NCBI GenBank assembly: GCA_964016885.1
Contig: OZ024741.1
Location: 42,718,001 to 42,782,000, forward strand
DNA: 64,000 bases
Direction of reading: 5' to 3'
Origin: Eledone cirrhosa
Lineage: Eukaryota
Below, piece after piece: positions 51,566 through 64,000 of this stretch; the stretch's first letter is position 1; each line of letters begins with the position of its first letter. The notes under the pieces are model-generated. The model saw nothing but the letters and a program-made list of their open reading frames with translations. It had not been told where the DNA came from and made no database searches. The position numbers and the translations under genes are program-made.

Positions 51566-52532
51566 CTTCTCTGATTATTACACAAACCCAAAATGTTTCT
51601 TCCATAAGTATACGTTTATGTATAATAAACATACATATTAGTCTCTCCGTGTGTATTTTAAACTCCCTCAGTATTTTGGAGAGAGCAGTGAATACATGTA
51701 TTTTACAGTTGTTCGAGGTTGTCATCATACACCGACTTACGCCGATGTGCCGCTTTTATCCCTGTACTAATTTTGCTGTAATATGATCCCAGCTTAAAAT
51801 CCTCGTAGCCAGACTAAATCTATGACTATTATACATAATTATATTATATTCAGTTCCTTACACGCCTTTTTTGTAATGAAGATGTGTTAGCTCTTTCGTT
51901 AATTAATATTAGCCACCCTTCTTTCATGGTTTATCCTTGCCAGTCGTTATTGACACCGTTAATAAACAAACGCCTACGACATTTTAAAAATAAACGTTTA
52001 ATGTTTTTCACGAATGCTAACATATTTCGATTATAACAGACTTGTCTGTAGTACTTCCTCATTTATATATTGCTGTATTCTTATCTATTCACTAACCTAA
52101 TTTTGATTAGTGAACCAATATCGCCTAAATACCAAGCAAAAAAACATCAATGAGAACAATGAATAAATAAAAAAATGAAAATCCATCTCCTTTTATGTTA
52201 CATGTCGTTAAGTCCTTAAGACTGAAACGTATTAAATAATTTGATATCATCAAACGATGGGCTAATGCAATGTCTACTCAATTATGTTGATTGTCTGACC
52301 TCATAACATACTTAGTTGTTACCACTATTATCCTAAGAATTGATTATTCTAGCGCCAAAGGGAGAAGAACAATAGTGTACAAAGTAATTCATTAGGTAAA
52401 CAAGCCGATATTAGCATGAAAAATATTAACTGTAATTTATACTTTATAATATAATTATACGTGTTTAGATCACATATAATATGTTAATAAATATATATAA
52501 CTATCTACCTATGTATCTAATTTTCTATGCAT

Positions 52533-52594
<62 letters not shown>

Positions 52595-52626
52595 AGTATG
52601 TTTGTGTGTGTGTGTGTGTGTGTGTG

Positions 52627-52722
<96 letters not shown>

Positions 52723-52740
52723 CCTTTAATTTCTCATTCT

Positions 52741-52806
52741 ATTTCCTGATGAAGGACCAGCATCCGAAACGCTAAGAATCTTTTCCTACTATATCAAGCG
52801 TAAAAC
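52741..52806 (+). ncRNA. Hammerhead motif with extended stem III
   Basis: CUGAUGA A GGA CCAGCA UCC GAA ACGCU [23-nt loop] AGCGU A. Stem I is weak. Confidence 0.55.
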
Positions 52807-52919
52807 TATGATTACATTTCTACCTGGCACTGTGTCGTTTGCTTTTTTATTTCTGTTTTCCTTTTGTTTCTGTTTTCCTTTTATTTCTGTTTTCCTTTAT
52901 ATATATATATAAAGAAATA

Positions 52920-53021
52920 ATCGTTTATACGTTAGGCACAAGGCCAGCAAAACCCAGTGGTACTTTATTTTATCGACCCCGTAAGGATGAAAGGCAAAGT
53001 TATCCTAGGCGTGATTTGAAT
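52920..53021 (-). mobile_element. SINE fragment
   Basis: GGCACAAGGCCAGCAA...TGGTACTTTATTTTATCGACCCCGTAAGGATGAAAGGCAAAGTT. Confidence 0.8.
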
Positions 53022-53029
53022 AAAGAAAT

Positions 53030-53519
53030 AATATAGAGGAAAAAGTGTTTTTTTCAGTAGAATATGGTGAGGAGATTCTTTCAGTATAATATCAAAATAT
53101 TTATTTATTTATAAAGTGGATATTTCCGAATTTAATAAAACCGGTTTCAGCATTATATGTTTTTTCAACTGCGGATATGCATAAGGGTGCACATTTATAC
53201 GAATAATGAAAAAGAATTAAAACTACTACTTCTATCAGCGAACTACCTGAGATGGAAGGACAAACACGAACAGAGATTTGAACTTTCTTCTCTAAATATG
53301 TAGGTAAAATCTAATAATTTTTCTTCCCCTTTTTATTATTTTATTTAATTATGCAACATAACTACATTATGCATATCCGGTGAAAAAACATATAATGCTG
53401 AAACGGGTATTATTAAACGTGGAAATATCCTCTTTATAAATAAATAAATGTTTTGATATTATACTGAAAGTGTCTCTTCATCATTTTCTACCGAAAAGAA
53501 TCTTTTTCTTCACTACTAT
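53030..53519. mobile_element. MITE-like element with ~155-bp imperfect terminal inverted repeats
   Basis: TTTCAGTATAATATCAAAATATTTATTTATTTATAAAG...GGATATGCATAA pairs with TTATGCATATCC...CTTTATAAATAAATAAATGTTTTGATATTATACTGAAA. Confidence 0.75.
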
Positions 53520-53585
53520 TTGTTTATATATATATATATCAACTCGTGTGTTACTTTCCTACATTACACACACACACACACACAC

Positions 53586-53646
<61 letters not shown>

Positions 53647-54220
53647 TCACTAGTGAATATGTATATATATATATATATATATATACATACATATTCACTA
53701 GTGAGAAGTTGAATTCCACTACTATAGGCTTTCTGATGAAGCGTAATAAATAATGAAGTATTGTATATGATAAAACAATATATATTGTAGTCAACATATC
53801 ACGACAATTTATAATAGACACCGAAACATATGTCAAAGCAAATGAATTCATAATCCCTTCACGTCGACATTTTACTTTTCTTAGTGCAATACTTGCTTAT
53901 ATATATGTATATGTACATATATACATATATATTATATCATATTATATTTATTATTGCGCTCTATGTAGTTGTTTCAAGACTATCGGCTCAGTGCTACAGG
54001 AATAAATCACATACTTTGTATAATATGCATTACTACTAAAAGATTCTGGCAAGCCAAACAGTAAGTGGAACATTGATGGCCATTGATGGTTCTCAGATCT
54101 TGGAAAGACTGTGGTCCTCTAACCTCGAACAGTAACAATGACGATAAGCCGTCTGTGCTTTCGTGAAATAAATAGGTTTTTGTTTTTGTGTATGCAAAAA
54201 TATCTGTACACGAATATATA

Positions 54221-54615
54221 TATTAAAATAACAGATTAAAGTTTAAGCAAAGAATCGCTGCTTTCACCCTTAACGGGATCTTCTGAAACTTAAAAAATCC
54301 GTCTGTGAACGCAGAAGTAAATATTTCGGAAAACTTTATCTAATGCAGACAGCCAGAATTACAGAGACATATTATAAGAGCTATGTATCTAACTAAAAAG
54401 TGAGGAATGACGTATAACCGGAAGTGTTGACATTTGAAATTTTAAAGAAGTGAATATTTAAATAATGTCTTTAATCTTTTAACAAAATTCAGTAGACAAA
54501 AATACCCTCACTTTTTTACATGGAAAACGTTACATCTATGGTGCAAATTTGGTGCTGATCGGTCTAGCCGTTTGCCGGAAAGTTTGTTACCTACATACTG
54601 CTGTCAGCTTTATAG

Positions 54616-54620
<5 letters not shown>
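54221..54620 (+). mobile_element. Non-autonomous element in (TA)n, Helitron/Helentron-like
   Basis: Its left end occurs three times in the window. The right part AAATTTGGTGCTGATCGGTCTAGCCGTTTG...CTTTATAGTATA resembles non-autonomous rolling-circle elements. The class is an inference. Confidence 0.4.
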
Positions 54621-54695
<75 letters not shown>

Positions 54696-54785
54696 GGAAA
54701 AATTTGAACAGGGACAAAACAGAGAGGCAGTACAACGAATGTTTATTAATTTCACGCTCTGAAGAGTGGGGTGTTGGTGGGGGAC

Positions 54786-54813
54786 GACGTTTCGGGCATA
54801 ATCCCTTCCTCAG
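54786..54813 (-). ncRNA. Hammerhead-like motif (family of 47228)
   Basis: CUGAGGA A GGG AUUAUG CCC GAAAC GUC. Confidence 0.6.
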
Positions 54814-55610
54814 GTGAGAAGTGTGTATATATATATATATATATAACATTTTATTTATATATATTGTGTGCGAAATATATCTTCACTGGCCACTTTGAAT
54901 CTCAAATGCCAGCTGCGGTAAAATACGTTCTAGTGAGAATCCATCTAATCTGTCCGAATATATCCACCACCCTCTCTATTAACATAAGAATTTATTATTT
55001 ATTTTGTGTAGCTATATTTTCTGTGTAAATTCTATCACTATCTTACTTATTATTCCGTCTTGGAAATATTTTCGACTTGACGGCCACATTCTTTTCAGTT
55101 TCTAATATTTGAATAACTAGAATGTCTTCAGGTTTAATTGAGAAATGATTATTATTCTCTTTTTCAGTTCATTTTTCCAAGCCTTGTGGAACAAATAATG
55201 TTAGTAATGGAGAAAGACAACAAAATTAAAATGACAAAAATGACCATAATTTAACTAGACATCGCTAATGATTTCCGACAAAGGAATTCACAAAAAAATA
55301 ATCCTGCTGAAGACACTTGGCACAGTTTATTTGCAATACGTTTCAATTATTATGACAGCAATTGAACTATTTTTTGTCTATAGAGCAATGACTACACACA
55401 ACGAGAGGATAGGCAGAAGTAAGTAACATATATTTCTACTAAAGCTCTGACACTGTACTTGATGAGGCAAAATTGCTAATATATAGATTTGTTTGAATGA
55501 AGTAATTTAGTGAACTAAAAATGTTGGTGACGTCATTGTCTCAGTCTGAATTGAATTTCAAGTAGTATTGTGTACACATTCTCGTGACCTTCGTTACTAA
55601 GACACTATGT

Positions 55611-55647
<37 letters not shown>

Positions 55648-55734
55648 GAGAGAGAGTTAGTTCCGCCACAAATTACCGGATTTTCAACCCGAGTGAGTTT
55701 GCGCTGAGAAAGGATATAACCTACCTGTTTTTAC

Positions 55735-55799
<65 letters not shown>

Positions 55800-55802
<3 letters not shown>

Positions 55803-55985
55803 GTTTCTACTTTTGGCACAAGGCCAGCAATTACTCAGTTCATTACTGGTACTTTATTTTATCGACCCCGTAAGGATGAAAGGCAAAGTTAACCTCAGTG
55901 GGATTTGAACTCAGATCATAAAGGGTGGTAGCTCTATGTTTCAAAGCAGGCGTCCGACCCTCTCACGATACTGCCAATCTCGTGG
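55800..55985 (-). mobile_element. SINE, same family, full length
   Basis: Reverse complement of the tail (TTGTTTCTACTTTTGGCACAAGGCCAGC), body and B box (GGGATTTGAACTC). Confidence 0.88.
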
Positions 55986-55988
55986 AGC

Positions 55989-56113
<125 letters not shown>

Positions 56114-56126
56114 GTATATACATATA

Positions 56127-56258
<132 letters not shown>

Positions 56259-56489
56259 CAGTCTGAATTGGGGTGGTAGAGACAGGTACACATGTTGTTT
56301 AAGTGTGTTTTACTCCGTCAATACTCCGATATGTCCAGCTCCTGGTTGCGTTGCTATTTCTCTGAAGAACTAAACTTATTCCTCAGAGAAATAACAACAC
56401 AACCAGGAGCTGGACATATCGGAGAATTGACGCAGTAAAACACACTTTAACAACATGTGTACTTGTCTCTACCACACCAATTCGGACTG
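56259..56489. repeat. Imperfect hairpin, ~110-bp arms, 9-nt loop
   Basis: CAGTCTGAATTGGGGTGGTAGAGACAGGTACACATGTTG... pairs with ...CAACATGTGTACTTGTCTCTACCACACCAATTCGGACTG. Confidence 0.93.
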
Positions 56490-56540
56490 CCTGAAGACGT
56501 CACAGCCAATGATGGCTGTCACCGAAATATATATAGCAGT
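56486..56540 (+). ncRNA. Type I hammerhead ribozyme directly after the hairpin
   Basis: ACUGC CUGAAGA CGUC ACAGCCA AUGA UGGCUGU CACC GAAA UAUAUA UA GCAGU. Perfect stem I and palindromic loop III. Confidence 0.8.
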
Positions 56541-57891
56541 ACATCTTTAATTTATAATAAACAAAGTCAAATTTTACCTATTTGACTTAATTATTTTACA
56601 ATACTACGGAGTAAACAAACCAACCTGCGTACTTCGTCGAGTGCTCCAATCTACATACTGAGGTGTCGGTAAACAACCAACATATACTAAAAATTGATAT
56701 ATATATTTATATATATATATAACGAACTGTAACGGAGAAGAAAAGTGAGAGAGTGTGTGTATGTGTGTAAGTATGCCTGAGTGTGTGTGTATGTGTGTAA
56801 TATGCCTGAGTGTGTGTGTGTGCGTGCGTGTGCTTCGTATGTATGTGTGAAGAGGAGAGGCGACGCAAAGGTACATTTTCTGTGAGATAAGTCATGTACG
56901 TTCTTAACGTTTTCAGTTTCTCGTTGTAACTAATTCAGTTCATAATCGAACTTAGTGCTTTTGGATAAGACAAACGTTACGCGGTTTAGCTCTATCCTTG
57001 TTTTATAAACCTGTGTATTTGTGTCAAAGGAAAGAAGTTAGAAAAATATGAAATGTATATATATATATTATTGAGATATATGACACCCTGGAGAAATTAC
57101 AAGCTAGATCAATCAATAGGATGAACACTACCTCCTGCAAAAAATCAATTAAAAAAACAAGAAAGATAAAAGGTTTACAATGATTCATCTGATGATTTTT
57201 ATATGCATCATGGTTTATTTCGATTGATACGACAAGAGGTATAAACATTTTTCCAAATCTGATCTGAGCGATTGATGTAAAGACGCCATATCTTTTCCTG
57301 TGCTTCTATACTATTAAGATTAACTCAGCCTGTTGTATGCCATACACAAGAGGCGAATGTTCTCTCGGTTGTCAATAATTATCAGTTGGAAAAATATCTG
57401 GTTTCGTTTTCATACGACAGTGAAGAAAATAATACGTCTCATTTTGGAAAAGAATGAAAGGATTAAAACAGATATATCAATATAAAATAACAAAGAATAA
57501 AATCTATCAGAACAAAACAATAAACAATAAAAACGGATTTATATAGAGTATCAAAATAGATATACGAATATATGTATATCAAATCTCTACAGGTAAATAT
57601 ACGTAAATTATATGAGCAGTATATACACACACATATATATATATATATATAAACAAAATTCGTTTTCTCTCAAACTCAGGAAGGCATATATATAATATAT
57701 AGTATATATATATATTATATTATATATATATATATATATTTTTTTTTATATATATATATATAGTATTATTATTATTATTATTAGTTACTAACATTAGTAG
57801 TAGTAGTAGTAGTTGTAAATGAATGTGGATTAACAAGGTCCGCAACTAAAATGTAAATCATACGATATGTTAAAGACACCCCCACACACAA

Positions 57892-57939
<48 letters not shown>

Positions 57940-57950
57940 ATCTATGTATG

Positions 57951-58009
<59 letters not shown>

Positions 58010-58063
58010 ATCTCTCTCTTTCTCTCTCTCTCTTTCTCTCTCTCTCTCTATATATATATGTTG

Positions 58064-58133
<70 letters not shown>

Positions 58134-58805
58134 TATAGATATAGATACAGATTGAGGATTGGGGGCATATAAAAAATATGTTGGATCAGATGTACGTAGC
58201 GCTCATTTTAAAATTTATTTTTTATTATAATTATAATTCGAAGATTGAATAATAATCTCTTTTTACTTGTAAATACATTTTTTCTTCTCTCCATGTATAA
58301 GTTTTTTCTTTCTCGTTTCCATTTTTCACCAAATCAGGAAATAACAAATATGTATTTTTTTCCTTCTGCTGCTCAGATTTAGAAACTAAACGAAAAAGGG
58401 GAAGAGCTGATTGGGAAGAAAATTTTCTTTGTATGAAGCAAGCTATGAGAAAAAGACTCAACACAGCTACTGAAGAGACAAAAACGAAACAATAATAGTA
58501 AGGTTACATCCACTGAATTATTTTATCTATGTATTCTTAAGGTTATATTCTTTATCTGTGTATTTTCCTACGAATAATCTTCTCTTGTCCTAAATTTTAC
58601 TGTTTTATTATTATCATGTTTAATTTATTCTCATGTGTATTTCTCTTCTCCTTTGCCTTTGTCTGCACCCTTTTGACACACACATACATATAAATATATA
58701 TGTATATAACAGCATATATATAGATATATATGAAAAACATATATCTATTTATTTATATAATTTTTTTGCCTACATATCTATCTATCCCCCCATCACTCTC
58801 TCTTT

Positions 58806-58855
<50 letters not shown>

Positions 58856-59261
58856 AGTGTATATATATACACACATACATGTTTATGTATATCTTTTTAT
58901 GTGTTTTTACTAAACGCTTAGATCAATATTTCTGTTTCGAATGAACAATTTGATCAGATTTAGAATATGCTTGTGTAGAAATTTTTCGATTTTCTATTAA
59001 AAATTGAAATGTATAAAAATAGTACGTATATTGACAAAAGGGAATGAACATATAAATACATTCGTGCACACACGCACATACACACACCACGTACATATTT
59101 TACATACATATAAACATTCATATATATATATATGCACATATGTTTACACACATACACACATGCATCGATATTTATATATATATATATGTGTGTGTATATA
59201 TATAACACACACACACATATATATATACTTATATTTATATATATATATATATTTATATATA

Positions 59262-59358
<97 letters not shown>

Positions 59359-60169
59359 GTATATTATATGTATTGGATAATCTTATTTTTAGAATTTCTT
59401 CAAATCCCTAAAAGTAAAATATACAAAAAAATATATTTTATTAATTTTTTTCTTATCTGATTATAAAGAATCTTAAGAAATATATTTTATTGTTCTTGTT
59501 TTGTATGATTATTTTGATCTTCATCTTTATCTAAGTTATATTTTTTTAATTCTAAATCCTACATCACATGTATTGAATCAGAATTGTATAGAATTCTCTT
59601 TTGAAATACAATATTTTGGAGATGTTTTTGCGGGAATTATCGTATTTTAATTAATACAATATTGACTACAGGATTCTGATAATCTCATTGGTATATAGAT
59701 TCTACAGAATAAATAGCAAAGGCCTCAGAGGAATTTTTTTTATTACACCTTGCCTCGTTTATTTTTGCCTGAAAGTATTTTTTAACAACGATCGGTGTGT
59801 TAGACAAATGACAATTTGTCAATTTGATGTCAATTTTATTTAATTAAAACTGTTTGACATATTTGTGACTTATGGAGAGCCAAGTTGTTCTGTTGGACCA
59901 GGATTAATATCGTTGCAGGTTTTGAAGAACTCTCTTTTATTTTGTTAATTTTATTTACGTTATATAAGATGACTGGTATGAAATGCTATGGTTCCCTAAC
60001 TACTGATGGAGTCGTAGGGGCGCCACATTGACATGCAGTATTTTATGGGTATTTTAAGCTTGGTAGAACCAATACCTCTCCATGCCTGCGTGCAGCATAT
60101 TACTTCCAGAGAAAGATAGAAAGTGAGAGAGACGCGAGGAAGAGATACAGAGGAAGAATAAACCTCAGT

Positions 60170-60275
60170 AGTTGACTGGTACATTTTTATTGACCTCGAA
60201 AGGTTGAAAGGTATAGTTGACCTCAACGCGATTTGAACACAGAGAGCAGAGAGCCGGAATGAGTACCACAAAGCA
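60170..60275 (-). mobile_element. Diverged SINE
   Basis: CTGGTACATTTTTATTGACCTCGAAAGGTTGAAAGG...GATTTGAAC. Confidence 0.7.
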
Positions 60276-60299
60276 CTCTATCAGTCGTTATAAGATTGG

Positions 60300-60452
60300 A
60301 CACCATGCTTTGAAGCATAGAGTTACGTCCCTTTATGATCTGAGTTCAAATCCCGCCGAGGTTAAATTTGCCTTTCATCCTTACGGGGTCGATAAAATAA
60401 AGTACCAGTAATGTACTGGGTAATTGCTGGTCTTGTGCCTAAAATAGAAACA
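60300..60452 (+). mobile_element. SINE, followed by ATTATT
   Basis: B box, body, and tail GCTGGTCTTGTGCCTAAAATAGAAACA. Confidence 0.85.
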
Positions 60453-60606
60453 ATTATTACATTATCCCAATATGATGACTATCCATCTAGAATGGAGGAA
60501 GATCAACCTTGACCTATTGTTTATTAAATCATCCAATGCTACTTACATTGCTTCTGTTATTCTTGCATTTATTCCCTAGTCACCAGTACAATCTAGATTA
60601 GCGTGT

Positions 60607-61288
60607 ATTATAGTAGCAATCCATTTAGGGCGGTGGATTGGTAGTATTGGTGAAGCATCGTACACCAAGCTTTGAAGCATAGAGTTACGCCCCTTTATGA
60701 TCTGGGTTCAAATCCCGCCGAGGTTAACTTTGCTTTTCATCCTTACGGAGTCGATAAAATAAAGCACAAGTAAGGTACAGAGGTCGACTTAATGGACTTT
60801 CCCTCCCCCCAAATTACTAGCCTTGTGCCTATACTAGAAATCATTATATTAGCAATCTATGTGGTGGTGGATTGGCAGCTTTGTGGCATATATTGTCCCT
60901 TTACAATGTGAGTTCAAATCTCACCAATGTTAGTACCAGTAACAAAATGGTGTCCATTTAATCGACTTTCCCTCCATCCACACAAATTGTTGTCCTTGTG
61001 CCTAAATCAGAAACATTTATTTCAAAATCAGAAACCATTATGTTAACCATCCATAGGTTGGTGGATTGGCAGCATAGGTAGATAATCGGACAACATGTTT
61101 TGACCTTTAATTACATCCTTTACAATCTGAGTTCAAATCTCACCAAAGTTAGATTTGCTTTTCATCCTTATGGGGTCAATAGAATAAAGTACCAGTAATG
61201 CACTGTGGTCAATTTAATCGATTTTCCATCTCCCCAAAATTTGTTTGCTTAGTGTCTAAATCAGAAACCATTATATGAACCATTCATT
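60607..61288 (+). mobile_element. Head-to-tail array of three SINEs (60628-60842, 60863-61036, 61056-61269) bounded by related ~20-bp ATTAT spacers
   Basis: Each unit starts GGyGGTGGATTGG-like, has GrGTTCAAATC and ends TGTGCCTA...AGAAAyC. Spacers begin at 60607, 60843, 61037 and 61270. Confidence 0.88.
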
Positions 61289-61394
61289 GTATTCCACAAA
61301 CCCGACTTTCGTCAAATCGGACCGAGGAAACAATGATTCCATTGGTCTTTCCAATTGCTAATACTATCTATCGGTCGCAACTCCAGGTAGAAGG

Positions 61395-61480
61395 AGGAAC
61401 GTGAAAAAGTGTCTTGCTCAGGGACATAACGCATCGCACGGCCCGGGAATCATTCTCTAACCACTCAGCCACACGCCTTA
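61395..61480 (-). mobile_element. Second tRNA-derived SINE family, 5' part
   Basis: Minus strand AGGCGTGTGGCTGAGTGGTTAG (A box)...GATTCCCGG...TGTCCCTGAGCAAGACACT. Confidence 0.7.
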
Positions 61481-61929
61481 ACTAGGTTTTACTAAAAGTT
61501 CCATAAAACACAATCTGATATAACGCTCCTTCGTATATGTTAGAAATTATATACATATTGTTTTAAGGTACGCAATATTTTATTGTTATCTTTAACGATA
61601 TTTTCATCATATAGAAATCAATTAAACATGGGCATTATAGAGTTCAGTTCAGTTGCCTGCTATATAATATACCCTATTGTAAAGATTGCCTTATGCAATT
61701 CACTGCCAGAACTGTGTTTGAAATACTCTGCAGAGCATCTAAATGATCCCAGATTACATAAAATTACCTCTTTAGTATCTACAGTAAATAAAATCTCCCT
61801 TCTTGGATATTTTAATAATAATGTATTTCTTTGATCTTGAGGGAATTTGACTTGCTCTTCTGGTACAATTTGATGACAACAAATTCATATAAATACAAAC
61901 ATACATATATGCATGTATATATATATATA

Positions 61930-62032
<103 letters not shown>

Positions 62033-62290
62033 ATATATACATACATATATATATATACCCACATACATACTTACATGTGCATATACCTACAGACGCACAC
62101 ACCACAACAAAAACGTGTGGCCCATATTTAGGTGTGCAGACTACTGTGACCTCCGTAAGATCACAAGGGAAATCTCTAATTCAAACCAAGTTCAAAAGAT
62201 TTTCTTTTGTTTTTCTTTTCTCTATATATATATCATATATATATATATATCATCTATATATATATATATATACACACACACATACGTATG

Positions 62291-62412
<122 letters not shown>

Positions 62413-62562
62413 TATATATATATCATGTAGTGTTTTGACTTTTCTTATAGGAATTTCTTTCTTTTACTATGAATAATTCATGGCAATAAATATTTATAAT
62501 ACAACAAACGATCGGATTTAAACCAATACGACAGCAAAGACACGTAGAACAATATATTTAGC

Positions 62563-62640
62563 ATCATCATCATCGTCATTATCATCGTCATCATCATCAT
62601 CATCATCATCGCCATAAACATCATCATCATCATCATCAAA
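62563..62640. repeat. (CAT)n microsatellite
   Basis: Direct reading. Confidence 0.9.
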
Positions 62641-62767
62641 TCATCCTCAACAATAGTAAAATCAGCAGAAACACCGACAACAGTAGTTTTAAGATCATGG
62701 TAATGATGATGATGTTGATCATCATCATAACAGCACCGTCAACGTAGGCATACACCCAAACATCACA

Positions 62768-62798
<31 letters not shown>

Positions 62799-63030
62799 GC
62801 GCACACACACATACACACACATACACACACACTCACACACATATATATATGTGTGTGTGTGCGCGTGCCTGGTTTGTGTGTATGAGTGAGTCTGTGTGTG
62901 CGTGCATCTGTGTACGTGCGTGTGATATTTATGTGTGTAAAAGTCTTTTATGTATTTAACCATATGTACGGATTGTTGCCATATTACGGAAACCGCAAAT
63001 GGTCCACAGTAATATCGATATTCCTGGGTA

Positions 63031-63310
63031 TACGAGGGTCGGCTGAAAAGTTCCTAGGCCAATTGATTATGAAGAATTGATGTAAGGCTGTGGAATCTTG
63101 CCTGCATTAATTCCGAATCTTCTTATTAATAGCTGCCTTGTTTCTTTCCATGAACTATGTTGAAAAACACACCTCATTTCGTCATTCCATGAGATTAACT
63201 TGATCAGCTTATGAAAGACTGATGCTAGTGAATATGTTGAAAAATAAACCCCATTTGGTCATTCGATGAGAGTATCTTGGTCACCCTATCAACTTTTCAG
63301 TCGTTATCCA
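63031..63310. mobile_element. Mariner-type MITE remnant with an internal duplication
   Basis: TA followed by CGAGGGTCGGCTGAAAAGTT, partner AACTTTTCAGTCG at 63291-63303. TATGTTGAAAAA...GTCATTC occurs twice inside. Confidence 0.6.
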
Positions 63311-63526
63311 TGGCTTCTACTTAGAGGCCGTTAAGAATCGAATAATCAACCTTCATAACAAATCATACCGATCGATTCTTTAAGACCTTCACAGGGATAC
63401 ACCCTTGAAAATGGGTTTTTAAACACGTAAGTAATTGGGATAATTAAATTTGCTAAGGTAAGATTCTATTGTTATCTTGGCACGTTTAATTTTCTAATAC
63501 ATATTATGTTTTTCAAAATTATTTAA

Positions 63527-63563
<37 letters not shown>

Positions 63564-63697
63564 CCTGATCACCTTGACCGACCAGTCTGTCAGGCGCCAT
63601 TCGGCGCCGCTGGTCACAGCACGTGCTGTTTTAGCCATACGATGACGCCATCCCACTGGCTGGGCGGGCAGGCCGGAGAATATATATATATATATAT

Positions 63698-63826
63698 ATA
63701 TTTATTAAAATAACAGATTAAAGTTTAAGCAAAGAATCGCTGCTTTCACCCTTAACGGGATCTTCTGAAACTAACCTTAAGCAGCGATACGTTGCTTAAA
63801 CTTTAATCTGTTATTTTAATAAATAT
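63698..63826. repeat. Inverted repeat built from the end of the 54221 family (~48-bp arms)
   Basis: ATATTTATTAAAATAACAGATTAAAGTTTAAGCAA...GCTGCTT pairs with AAGCAGCG...TTGCTTAAACTTTAATCTGTTATTTTAATAAATAT. Confidence 0.9.
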
Positions 63827-63853
63827 TTGCTCTACGGTTCAAATGTATTATGA

Positions 63854-63899
<46 letters not shown>

Positions 63900-64000
63900 T
63901 TGGCACAAAACAAAGAAAAAAATCCCCAGTCACTGAAACGGTCACAGAATGTGTGACGAAAGAACTTTGACAATATATGAACAACCGTCCGGTTGTGGAA

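Noticed and set aside
58465-58500. CTGAAGA...CGAAAC as a hammerhead
   Set aside because: There is no stem II and no convincing stem I; likely a chance match.
60607-61288. CRISPR-like repeat-spacer array
   Set aside because: The long units are homologous SINEs with Pol III boxes, the context is eukaryotic, and there are no cas genes.

Overview
This is AT-rich animal genomic DNA with no bacterial features and no confidently identifiable host gene. The repeat content resembles cephalopod (octopus-like) DNA, which is an inference. The window is a nest of transposons embedded in (TA)n, (CA)n, (TC)n, (TAA)n and (TATC)n microsatellites. It contains: a 5'-truncated Naiad-type Penelope-like element (1.2-3.2 kb, minus); a near full-length R4/Dong-type RLE LINE (8.3-12.27 kb); four long and two partial Tx1/L1-clade LINEs (12.3-46.6 kb); a Chapaev3 DNA transposon with TIRs and a TAA target-site duplication (36454-38185); a CRE-clade LINE 3' remnant; and about ten tRNA-derived SINEs. 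The most interesting signals are these. (1) Three Tx1 copies sit in (ATT)n and the SINEs share their 3' terminus and ATTAT insertion site, suggesting a sequence-specific LINE/SINE partnership, while a sister lineage sits in (TATC)n. (2) About a dozen type-I hammerhead ribozyme motifs from several unrelated short families occur, some preceded by NRF1-like, CCAAT or TATA promoter motifs. (3) There are many long fold-back palindromes, several breaking at or within hammerhead motifs. (4) One LINE fragment is circularly permuted. (5) A splice donor is conserved at the ORF1 end in all four long Tx1 copies. All assignments were made by eye, without searches.
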